From positions 35,625,626 to 35,689,625 of the forward strand of contig CM074516.1 of NCBI GenBank assembly GCA_037379345.1: a stretch of DNA of 64,000 nucleotides, read 5' to 3'. Under the pieces are notes generated by a model. The model was not told the origin of the DNA, ran no database searches, and was given only the letters and a program-made list of their open reading frames with translations. Source of the DNA: Perna viridis. Taxonomy: Eukaryota. Shown here piece by piece: positions 26,901 to 38,891 of this stretch. The translations under genes and the position numbers were made by a program. Position 1 is the first letter of the stretch. The number at the start of each line of letters is the position of its first letter.

Positions 26901-29900
26901 TCAAGGACTATCCAATTTGAATGTGACAAACTAGGTATATTCTGTAATCTAACAGTTACCTGGGCTTTTGTGTGCTGATGGTTCCTTGTCTATAGTGCCT
27001 ATATACTTCTCTGGATGTATGACCAGAAACGATACACTTCCTTTAGATAGAAATTTGATTCTGATGGCCATAAGTTTGTTACCAGCTGATGCTGAGGGGT
27101 CCTGAAATAGATTTGATCACAGTTGGAATAATAAGAAGACAATATCGGTTTTACATCAGCCCATTGGACTAATGAGTAGGAAGTATTGCTTACTCATTAT
27201 ATTGATTTAAATTCTATGCTAAATTAAATATTCACTTTCTTAAAACTACTAAGTATATACACAATGCCTGTCATTGTGACCAATATATGTTCTTGGTCTA
27301 ATACCGGTAGATAGATCATTATCCACACTACATTCATAAATAATTCAGCTTAAAGTTTAAAGTATTTGGTTCTATGATAATCTAATTTGATGCATTCAAT
27401 GATTTGCTGTCAAAATGTGCAGATCTAAGTTCCATACCTGGGTTGCAGTAAACTCCACTTCCTCCTGAGTTTTGATTTCTTTTTTGGGGTCTAACAATTC
27501 ACTGAAGTGAAAGAACATTCTAGACTCTCTCTCTGTACACTGAATAAACCCGTATCCATCCTTGAGGTTAGCAATTATACCCTTAAATAGAAAATTGACT
27601 TAATATAACAGCAGTTTATTCTGTTTCTTTAAAAGAAAGTGATTCATTTATGTTAATGAAAGCTGGTGTGTTTTGTTTCTTTATTCATCATTTTTAAATA
27701 AAATTACTACAATGTACTTCTGAAAATCTGAGGCCTCGTTACAGTTTTCGTTTGCTTCTATTGTGTATTTAAGGTAAAGAAACAATATGAGAACAACAGG
27801 GGCAAATAAATTATTGCACTTTATCAAACTTTCTAACACCAACAGCAACAAATCATTATATATATGTTCTAACTTTTTTGCAATGAGTTAAAATAACTAA
27901 ATCCTTCAACCAGGCTGATTTTATCTGAATCCTTCAACTAGACCGATTTTATCTGAATACTTTAACCAGACCAATTTTATCTGAATCCTTCAACTAGACC
28001 GATTTTATCTGAATACTTTAACCAGACCAATTTTATCTGAATCCTTCAACCAGACCAATTTTATGAACATCCTAATCAAGAAATAGTTATCATTTTGGTA
28101 CACAAAAAAAAAAATCACTCACAGTTTCTCTTTGTTCATTATTAGCAGAAAATGATTCCTCCAGAAGTTTGATGTTAGTGGCTCTCTGAAGTTTATCTCT
28201 ACGATCAGTGGCTATGTTACATTCTACAATATCACCAGGCAGTAAGGTGTAGTCACCCTGTTGGTCCTTGTCACCAAAAGGAATTTCAACATGTCTGAAA
28301 CAAAATAGGAAAGGTTAAATGTGGCTTCACATAGAGAATCTAAACGAAAAGTAGTCTCATGCAAAATGGAAAGCATCAAATTTTCATACAAAAATCCAGG
28401 CAAAGTATCTAGAGGGAAACTTGACTTTCCTTATTTTATTTTGTATTTAGACGTCCTTTTCCAACAATAGATATTTTGTTTGCTTTTTCTTTTTGGGCAA
28501 ATAAGAGCTTACCTGTAACTGAGAGTCCAACTCAATATTGAAGGCTTCATCTTGACTGTTTGTGTTGTAAACCACAATTCTACAGCCAGAATTTGATGTC
28601 TTATGAGATTTACCCTACATCATTTTCATTTTATAGTAAAAATTTATTCATATTCACTAAACAAATTATGTTTACCTACCCTTTAGCAGTTTCATAAGAG
28701 ATTCTGCCCCCAAGAGGATCACTCTGCCTTCGGCTACTCTTCAGTGTTCTTTGCACAACCCCTTTGATTTTATTTACACTTATATCTTCAAATATCACAG
28801 TTCCAACAGGCAGGCCTTGAATGTTCACTGCAACCTCTTTCGTCTGAAATTACGAAATAAAAATAGAATTACAACACAACTGTATTCTTTACATAACTAA
28901 CATATTGTTTTCTCTAAAAGAAATTATTTTTTTACCTAATTTTCTTCGTATGAATGAGTAGAGAGTATCAATTTCATTTTGCTACATTATTTCAATATAA
29001 GAAATTTGATAGAAAACTAGTTCTTAATCCAACCAAATACAAAAAACAAAATCTTCAAACATGCAGATTTAAAAACCTAACAATTAATTACATTTCTAGT
29101 TTGAATATCAAAGTCGACATCATCTCCTAGATTCAGTTTATTAATATCTCCCTTAAATTCACTGTAATGGAAAAAAATCTCCTTGACCACATCAGCTCGT
29201 TCAATAAACCCAAATGAATCCTTCAAAGAACAGACTACTCCCTCAACTCGACAGCTAACAGGTTCTATCTGTCGGGCTTGGAGGTTTCCATTCCTGTAAA
29301 TAAAACAAAATAATACAATATTTATTTGTAGGTTAATTTTCAAAATTTACTCTTTAGGTTAGTTTATTCTCCCATGATATTATAGATGTAAAATAACAAA
29401 TGTCTAGAGCAAAATCAGCAGTCAACTTATCAAAATAAAAATGACTTGAAAATGTCTCTGTTTTTCTGCTAATGAATCATGAAATAACTTAAAAGAATGT
29501 ACTATGAAAACTGTCAGAAAAGCTTATTACTTTAAAGGATAATCCCTTCTTCTTCCCTCCATAGAAACTATATGGACAAAAAAAAAAAACAACATATAAA
29601 ACAGGAAGTTGATGTTGCTCAAATCTGAAATCAAATCCCAAAATATGGCATACTGTGAAAATATCAAGTGGCTGTGATAAAAGTTGCAGAGAAAATAGAC
29701 AAATGGATGCAATGATCACTGTATAACTTCTGCTTTCAAAGAAGGGTTCTAAAAAAATACTACTTTTAAACTATTAATATGTATTAAATTTACAAATATG
29801 AAATGGACACACACCTCTTATCAGTTGCAATATAGAAAGTAACTTGATCTTGAGCTTTTGGTTTGAAGTTCTTATCAATAACATCATCAAGTCCGTACGG

Positions 29901-32900
29901 TAAAAAAAATACTTCTCCATTATGTTGGTATGTTACTCTCCCAAGGCTGTTGTCTTCAGTATAACCCTTAAAAATATGAAATGAATATCATTCTCAACTT
30001 TACTCCTGATTTCAGTTTTTATAGAGGCTGAGCCAAACCAGCCATCTCACTCTGTCAATGACTAAATGTCAGAATAACAGCACAAAAATAATGTTAAATG
30101 ACCTTACTATTTTGATAAAGTCCTTAATGTTACCTTTTCAACTGCTGTGTATTTATTAAGGCTCAGGCTGTTGATATTTTAAAGATTCCTTAAAATAAAA
30201 GCAGGAATATTCTCACAATGAAATATTGGTAGATAACTGCAATTTGTATTTCAAAAGTACTCAAGTGCAATATTTATACCAAAGAAAATATTATGGTATT
30301 ATTAGTAGTGATTTTCACATGGGCTTAGTCATAGGTCCAAGGCTGGTCACATTCATCTGAGGCAACTCCAAAAGCCAATGTGATGAGTCGAGGACATATA
30401 ATTCAGCATATACAAAAATCACTCCATAATGATACCTTTTATTAACACCAGGGTTTTTTTTTTATTTTATGTAAACTAAACTGTCTTAGCCATTTGAAAA
30501 AAATGTACAGATTATTAAATTACCTTGACACATATCCTATAAATCTACCTATGTTTGTCATGAGAGTAAGGTTCCCACTGTTGTCATGCAGACTTTTTAT
30601 AACCTCCAAAGTCACCCTTCATGTATACAGATTTCATTACATGCAGATCATAATGGGTGAGGTGAAAGGTCAATCATTTGCATCATATCATGCAAGGATT
30701 CACAAGTAATTTACAAAGATTTTAACTTCAGTGGTCTTGACTGGGTTTCATCCACTAATGTACTAAAATTACACATTCAAACAATTCTATGTGAAAATTG
30801 TGAAGTAAACATCACGTTTACATTTGCAACACTTACTAATAATTCCCTTCAGGTAAATTCCTGAATGCTCCAAATGATTCACATGACAATCAAGTCAAAA
30901 ATTCTGATTGAAACCAGACCAATACAGAAAGCATTCGATATTGGTTTACTTTTTTTTATATTTGCCAGGTTTAGGATTTTATTTTGTAAATACAGTTAAT
31001 AAGGCCAAGAAAAAATGTCTTTGTAAGGTTATATTCTTTAAATGAATAGGGTAGGTAGGTCAGTATTTTCATTTTATTTTTTTTCAGCACAGGTTCACCT
31101 TTACTTCAACCAATCATTAGTCTTTGAGTGTCTTTTTGTCATGCACATGTCAATAACATCTTTGTATGGTTGGCATGCTGCTGACTGACTTCTGTTTATG
31201 ACTGGGTCAACCATACACATTGAAGAACATGAAAATATTGTGTTGTTTCAAATACAGGAAGGACTTTGATAAAATGTACTTTTGTTTTTTCATCTGAAAT
31301 TACCAATTTTTATTTTCTGCTTTTTAGTTAGCAGGTAAAAAGACTTAGGGCTGAGGCAAAAAAAATTGGGTCGATTAGGTAACTGTAACCAGAAATATTT
31401 TTTTTCTTGGCCTATTAAAGAAAAAGGTATTAAAGATAATATTATTGAATTAATTAATAATACCTAATATTCATGCAATAATCTTTTAATTGTAGAGTGA
31501 AATGCAACATTTTGTGTAAAGTATTTTTTATTGGATGATATTGAAGTTATATTTAATTTCCAGTTGGTAAACATGACATAAAATAATGACAGAGTAAATT
31601 AACAGAAACCAAAGACAACCCATAAGTTACATGTATATGGAGAATAATTCTCAGCAGATGTATCAAATAAAAAAGACTTATTTTCAGATTAAATAAACAC
31701 TATATTTTAAAATCCTTACATTTTTGTTCTTGGTTGGCTTGGCTTCTTGTGCAATAGATCCTTTGTATTTCTCTTCACTAAGTACTTCGTAAGGTGTGTT
31801 TCCAGAGTTCAACAGAACAATAGAGCTTGCAATTGGTTTACCAGTTCTTCTATCATATGTCATTTGGAACTCAACTGGATCTAGAATATAGCCATTTTTT
31901 ATCAACCAAGTTAACAGGACAAGATGATTTACCAGGTATATGAATTGCCATACCTTATCTCTATGTAAAAGCATGTTAAATTGACTTCCAGTTTGTCATA
32001 TCATAGATATCTTATTACTTTGACCAAATCAGAATAGAACACCCATAGTAGGACTCAAAAAAGATTTTTTTATCACATTTAGGGTAACAATATCTATTAG
32101 TTCTAGATTAAAATATAAAGTACACAACAATGCTTCGTATCATTTTTTTTTTAATTTTGAAGAGTTCTCCAAAATGCTAAATTAAATGAGTAATAATTAA
32201 AATACAAGTCAAAATGTTTCTTTTGAATTTTTTTTTACATTTATGAAATACCTTTGCAAATCAACCATCATTGAATGCACACAAGACCAGAACACCTTAC
32301 CTCCTATTTTAACAAGGTTAATGTCATCTCCATATTCACTGTAGTGAAAGAAAAGTCTAGACTCTCTTTCAGCACACTGGATAAAACCATAGGAATGCTA
32401 CAAAACAGTGCTTGTCATGAAAAACTGATACATGTATTTTAATAAATTGCTCTATCACAAATCATCAAAGGAAAGTTCAAGTGAAAAAGGTCAAAATAAT
32501 AGCAAACTTAGCTTGTTCATTGCCATTCATTTATTTACCATATAGAAAGCATAGTACCATCCTACATGTAAATAATGTTAGAATAAAGATTTTACCATAA
32601 AAAAATCTTCCAGTGTCACTGAATTCAGATGATGTGGAGATTGAAGAATTCAGGTTTGTTGCATAAATATTAAAAAATATTGTGCCAAGTCCAAATTATG
32701 TAAATTATATAAGTAAACATTATGAAAGGCACATACATGTATTTCCCAATGCTATGGTTCTAGTTGATGTAACCTGTATGTTGAAATGTTTGCTCTAGGT
32801 AATATTATGCGTTCTTATAGTAACTTACAATCAGCAAAATTTTGCTGGCATATACTTACAAGCAATATCATTATAAGTTACACAATTATCCAGCTATCTT

Positions 32901-33425
32901 GAAAATTGAAAATTTTAATCCTGAATTTGAATTACTAACCAATAATTTCTCTATAAATCCAGTTTCCCTAACAGATCCATTGTTATTGATTATAACTGGT
33001 GCTGAAGATCTCTGAAAGGACACAATTGCAGGATCTTGTGTGGACGGCTGGAAATTCTGCAAGTAAATATCAAACTGAGGTTTGTTAAATGAAAAAAATT
33101 CCCTTTTTTTTTTAAGAGAAAGGCACAAAAGTCATGAACAATGTACATAAACTGAAATGATTGCATTAGAATACCCACATCAGTTTTCTGATTATTTATT
33201 AAACATAAATATAGGAACATACAATATGATAAGTGAATGCAAGAGCATCACAAGACACATCATCTTGTGAAAACTTATTGATTAACCAACTGGTCAAGTT
33301 TCAAACTACAACTCTTTTCTTTTGTTAAGTATGGATTTCTATGTTTACTAGGTAGTTCTGTTATAAAATATACATCTGCTCATTACCTTCCACTGAGGAC
33401 TGTTCAACTTTTTAACAGCTGACAT
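17936..33425 (-). CDS. CSDE1: Cold shock domain-containing protein E1 (Unr)
   Basis: Exons: 33387-33425 ([13 protein letters not shown]), 32940-33056, 32301-32397, 31720-31880, 29815-29966, 29092-29293, 28680-28843, 28123-28294, 27438-27581, 26960-27101, 25896-26017, 25071-25243, 24449-24575, 22181-22292, 21042-21229, 19083-19246, 17936-18089. Five cold-shock RNP1/RNP2 motifs ([YF]GF[IL]...FFH) and a C-terminal SUZ-C motif [12 protein letters not shown]. All GT-AG. Candidate minus-strand polyA signal at about 17155-17160. Confidence 0.96.
19927..21004 (+). mobile_element. Pearl/Helentron-like (HINE-type) non-autonomous element with internal tandem repeats
   Basis: 5' ACAAGAGGCTCCCAGGAGCC...GCTCACC. 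Three roughly 170-bp units starting CAAGGGCAATAAC plus a duplicated block. GACGAC-type microsatellite remnant. 3' stem-loop AGCTCAC-ACGGCCTACGGCCAG-GTGAGCT. An inverted homologue lies at 48867-50052. Confidence 0.85.
21633..21736. repeat. Inverted repeat (about 45-bp arms, 13-nt loop), probable MITE relic
   Basis: 21633-21678 is complementary to 21692-21736 with about 8 differences. Confidence 0.8.
25642..25847. mobile_element. MITE with TTAA target duplication (Kolobok-like ends)
   Basis: TIR of about 33 bp (AGGTAGAC.TAGG.TAAGGGACACAACTCTT) at both ends. TTAA at 25638-25641 and 25848-25851. The ends are purine-starting rather than the CCC of piggyBac. Confidence 0.75.
27901..28066. repeat. 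28-bp minisatellite, 6 copies, in a CSDE1 intron
   Basis: Unit AT(C/A)CTT(C/T)AAC(C/T)AGACC(A/G)ATTTTATCTGA. Copy 2 is identical to copy 4 and copy 3 to copy 5. Confidence 0.95.
31003..31412. mobile_element. MITE with GGCCAAGAAAAAA terminal inverted repeats
   Basis: TAA|GGCCAAGAAAAAAT ... TTTTTTTCTTGGCC|TAT. A related degenerate element lies at about 55392-55606. Confidence 0.65.
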
Positions 33426-36400
33426 TGTTGTTGCTTCCTTGGGAGTGACCAAGTCCTCAGAACTGCAGACTGTGCAGAGTTTAGTTCTTAATGGGCTCTA
33501 GTTGTTACCTTGCTTTATTTCTTTTACAGTTTTTCGATGCTGAGTGGAACTACATCTATTGTATTAGCTGAAAAGCATTCAGAAAACAGAAAAATGTCAT
33601 TGCTCGTGTCAAAAATGCCAGTAAGTGTGGGTACAGAGTTATGAAACTAGTCTGATGAATCGGTCATAATTACGCCTGGTAATTTATTAGAAATATATAC
33701 TGGTATTTAGAATTACAACCAGAAGTTGTTACTTTTTAATCTGGTTACAATTAGCCATTTAGGTCACAATTTAAATTATTCTAGTTTGCAACATTTCGTA
33801 ATTGGGCAAAAATTTGCATAGTATAAAGGATCAACAACTCTGGAATGCTCGATGTGATAGTGTTTTACAAGTAAAGAGTTTTGTAAATGTGTCTTCTAAA
33901 GTTTTGTTTATATATTTCAATGGTTTTCAAGTTGTGTACTCAAATTAGGATAAAGCCCTGAGGGATGTTTTTTTTATAACATTGTCATAGTCATTCATAA
34001 ATGGATAACAGCATGGATTAATTATATTTGATCGCTGGTATGATCAGGCTTTGTTACCAAGGACATGTGATAGCAGTTTATCCAAAATTAGGATCATATT
34101 GTAATCAAATTATTTTAAAATGTTCGGGTTTAAGCTCAGGTTGGGGAATCAATGGGTTTTGAAAGTTCAAAGGTCTACAAAAACAAATCTTGAACTGTAA
34201 ATAATTAACATGATTGAAATAGATCTTTATCAAATAAACAATTATGTGTATTTGTAAAACTTGAAGACAACACTACAATCTAATGAAGTGCATTGCTGAT
34301 TAACACTTTTCTTGAAAAATCAATACCTAAGCCATGGCTGACGACTTGTTAAAAAAATTAATTGACTTATAGTAAAAAAAATACAGTATTACATTAAGGT
34401 ATTCTTCTGCACTTTTCATCAAAAAACTATTTTTAAATAGTAACCATAATATTTAAAATTGTACCAATCCTCCTGCTTAGCCTCCTCTTCCCCATGCCAG
34501 GGATGGTTCAAAGACTCATTCTTTTATTAAGTCAGTGCAGTGTAATTGTCTATTAATATACGTAAATGTACATGTATAAGTTACAAATACACTGCATGTC
34601 CTCTTATTTATGTATGTATAATAAGCAAATTTTAAATATCTCTTCCAGCAATGACACTAAGAATCCCTCGGTACATATACTTAATCATTGTAATACAGTT
34701 CTGCAACTATCCTATTGGGATTAACCCTTTGAGTGCCAAGGCTTTTCCTTTACTTTGCCAAGGAAGAATTTGAAGATTCTAATTCAACTGTCCTGCTTAT
34801 GACGTCGACAATAACTTAACGTCACAAGAAAGGGCACAAGGGCAGGGTGATAGAAAGCAGAAAGAAATAGACATAAAATATTCATCATTTGGATGTTTTT
34901 GAATATATATTATACTGTCAAGTTGTCAACTTAGAATATATATGCATTGACATTACTTACATACATAAAAATGTACCTAAAAATAGGAAAGAAAAAAAAA
35001 ACTAAAAAAGAAAAGATAAAAAGAATATAATTTGACATTTCACAAGAAGTGTTTTCAACTTGTCGATTTTCTAAATAAATTTTATTTACCACATTAAACC
35101 TTTTAAATACTTAAACCTACAGTTAGAACACAAAAAGATTTCACAAGCTGCTATATTTACAATGATATTTATTTGAAAAGGATATAAGGTATTAAAACAT
35201 CTAAGAAGAAGTAAGTTGAATTTCATATCATAAGTACAGTTTAAAAAACAAATAGAAGTAAAAATGTTCGTACTTTAAAGACAAACAACCTAATTATTTT
35301 ATTACAAATCCTGTGAGAGAGTTTACTCATTCCTTTCATGTATACAAACTAATAGGACTATGCATGAAATGACACCTTCTGCATTCCAAAGCTTGAAAAA
35401 TTGGAGCAGTTTCTTTTTCTTACTATGTGATGTAGCTTGCAATGTTGTGTTTGGTTAAATGGTTTATGTTAGCAGTTATAAAGTTAATAATTTAATCTTG
35501 ACATAGTAACATGTATTGATTTTATATTTTACTTCGTGTTAGCGGGAGGGGATGAATTTTGCATAGTACAATTCTCTCAGAATCTTGTTCTTGATCTTGA
35601 ACTTTATGAATTAAGCTTATTATTTGGGACATTGAAAGGAATCCTAAAAAAATTTGTAAAAATAAATAACCTTCATGCCAATGTTCTCTTTTCCCTAATT
35701 AGTGAATACTTGAAGCTAGTAAATGTGAGAAAATTAATTTTCATTTTCGTGTTCAACTGACAAAATGTTCCATGCAATCGATGACAACTTTGAGTGAAAT
35801 CATTGTACAATATTTGCGATTTTATCAATAATAAATACATGTATATAATGTATCGTTGAAATTATATGTTTATACAGTTTAAAATTTATCATTATTTTTT
35901 TCTCTTTTGCTTTTTTTTTCAGGGGTTGAAATTTTTTTTGGAAGACCTGAGCCCTGGACTTTTTCATCTTTTGTACACTAAGTCCGAACAATTTTTAGTC
36001 AAGTCCCAATCATAACATATATAAATGCAATTTTGTTATCTGATATTTTTATGTATATTTCCATGTTTGCAGAGAAGAAGACACATTGTCAATTGATTAC
36101 GTCTCCCGGTCTGATGCCTTGTTATCAGCTTTCCATTTCTGCATTTTTTCAAGCTTGAAATTATAACTGAGCAACAATATTTTCCTCAAAAGTTATCTAC
36201 ACATGTTGATCTTTATCATTCCAGCGCTTGATCAAGCGCATGTGTGATTCAGACTTGAGAATGACTAATCAACAGATCGATCTAGTGAATACCCATTCTA
36301 AAAATAAAGTTTTAAGTATTTACAGGTCAGGGAATAGATCGAGAAACATGGTCCAAATAATGACAACAAAATCTTTCAAAAAATGGGTTTCTATTTTTTT

Positions 36401-37149
36401 AGATTTGCCATGCCCGATGGATTATTTCATTGAAAAATGGCAAGTCCAAGTTTCATTTTTTTTTAATCCCAGGTGTGGGGCTTTAAGAATTTTCAACCCC
36501 TATTTTTGGTATTTTTTTTACATGTTTTTCTATTTTTTCTTCTATGAAGAATACATTGCACTGAAGGTAAAAATAAAATGTGAATATTTGATCAATAGAT
36601 AATGACGAGAAGAAATTAGAACAATATTTGCAAGGAATTATTTTGGTGTTGTTTTAATATGTATAGTCTACCTGGTAAAGCACCCCAGACATCATCACGT
36701 TCAGAACTGTGATGTCAATGACACTATTGCAGAACAATCGACTTGGTGAATGTGCTAAGCCTATATATAGGCTCTTGGCAAAATATAGGAGTATGAAAAG
36801 CCTATTTATAGACTCTTTGACATAGTAAGGGTTAATGTGGTATTAAACTCTTCATTTATCAAATTGTAGAATTTGTGACATCACATTATTTTCAATTAAC
36901 CTTTTCATTAATATTAAAGTTTTTAAATCCCTAATATTCTAATAGCTACAAAATAATTGGCATGATATTCAACTTGGCATCAGCATGTGATGGAACTGGT
37001 GGAAATTGAACAAAAGCCAAAGCCAAGCCCAATGTTGGAATGTAAAAGGGTATCTAACTGAAAATAATATGAACCCAAAACAAAATTAAAATGAATGGAT
37101 TTCATTAAGTTTTATAATAAACATTCTAAAATTATAAATTATTAATTGT

Positions 37150-37760
37150 AACGACCGAAAATGAAGTCTAACCGTCATTTTGAATTGAAATCTGCGTAAC
37201 AGTTTTTTGTTCGTCATCACCACTTTACGAAGACAGAAACTGAAGAGAATTTAGAAGCGATGGGACGTATTCCTTTCTTGAACATGGCAGATATATATTT
37301 TTTTCATGAATCGATGACTTATTGTATCATTTGAAACTATGAGGATGATGTTCTGAATAATATTTTACCCCAGTTCTTGCACAGCACTGCAGCGAAGCCG
37401 CCATCAAACTCTCAAACTCATTAACAGTTTCCCCGAACAGTTATAAATGATTTTAAGTTATTTTGTTCAGTGTCTTAAGAAATAACGATTTTCATATCAT
37501 TTTATGTAATAAATATGTTGGTATATTACTTATTAATAAAATATAAACAAATAATTATGTTCGTTTTGAGAGTTTGCTCACATTTTGTGACGTCATCGCC
37601 AAAACACACACAGAAGTGTGATTCCTGACTCACTGTCATCATTTTGTTCCTTTCTTAATAACAGGTTATATTACATGCACTCTTGCACCTTTGAATAATT
37701 AGATTCACCCTCCTTGGGTGCTTAGGTGTTCTCTTCAATTTTCGATTAAATTGTCAGGTA
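37150..37760. promoter_or_regulatory. Probable bidirectional promoter for CSDE1 and CHMP2A
   Basis: CpG-retaining patch between divergent genes. Perfect CRE TGACGTCA at 37588-37595, YY1-like GCCGCCAT at about 37397, and a plus-strand donor at about 37757. Confidence 0.6.
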
Positions 37761-38891
37761 AAGAAAAGTAACCTGTTTTGTAATATTGACTCTCTGGCAG
37801 TCTGTGACAGTGACAGTGTTCATTTTCTGTCAAGTTATGCCAACTGTCGTAGTAATATGATTATCTGGCTATTTAGGACTGGATTTCAACTCAAATAGCA
37901 TCTGACTTTGTTGATAATACTGAACAATGGTGTCTTAACCAATGAGAATACTCAAGACTTCCCATAACAGGCTTCTGATAGTTCTGTATATGTATTTAAA
38001 TTGTAAACAATATTTCAATTCTGTAGACTGTACTGCATACTTGTCCTTGAGTGTACAGGTATCTTGACATTTTCATGATGTAAGCATTTCTTACCAGTCG
38101 CTTCACAAAAAAGTCATTTCTTAATGAAATGGTTGTACAATAGCTATTTTTAGGACAAAATATTGGCAAACTAGTTATATACTTTTTGTTTTAAAAAATA
38201 AAATTAACATGCTTGAAGGAGGAGAGTGAAAATTCAGGTGGCGAGAATTACTTGCTGTTGAGAAGTACCACTCAACCAGTACATTATTATTCCAAATACG
38301 TCACTTTAAACAGTAGTCTGAATTTCCTCTTACCTTGTAACTCTCCTCTTTTTTATTTGGATATTAACATATCGGGTTGTGGTCTAAACGATGTGCCATA
38401 CAGAAAGTTGGAGATTCAGCAGTACCATGGAGTATCGTCTTTCAACTGCTAACAACTTTTAAGTTGAAATTGTTCATGTCACACCTACTTAGTTTGTTTC
38501 CAGAATCATTTTCCTGGATGCTGATACCATATTTGCTACAAAAATTAAGTTTTGGTCATTTTCAAAGAGAGACCTTGTTTTGTTAACATTCTGAATCGTG
38601 ACACATGAGAGAGAAACATGAAAGATGGCAGAAACATAAACTCATACCGCAATAAATTATGCATTGCTTGGTCTGACTAAAGTCATTTTTCACATGTTCT
38701 GTTGTGACATGATGATATTGCAAGAATTGGAGGAAATCCCTTTACTGCATCATCCTACAGAATTATTTTTGTATTACATGTTTATATCTGATCCTTAATT
38801 TATATTTAATCATTTTTAATCCTTTCCAACATTAAGTTCCCTTCAATTGTACATAAGTTCAAAATGTTTTCTTTTTACTTTCAGTATCAAG

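Noticed and set aside
27901-28066. CRISPR-like array (also 60730-61050)
   Set aside because: Units are contiguous or have near-identical spacers, the context is a eukaryotic intron, and there are no cas genes; these are minisatellites.
36228-36602. 124-aa plus-strand ORF upstream of the CSDE1 coding region
   Set aside because: Non-ATG start, Phe/Tyr bias from T-runs, no recognisable domain or splice support.
34721-36835. Single piggyBac-like element bounded by TTAA|CCCTT ... AAGGG|TTAA
   Set aside because: The two ends agree over only about 5 terminal bases and no transposase trace is visible; they may be ends of different elements.
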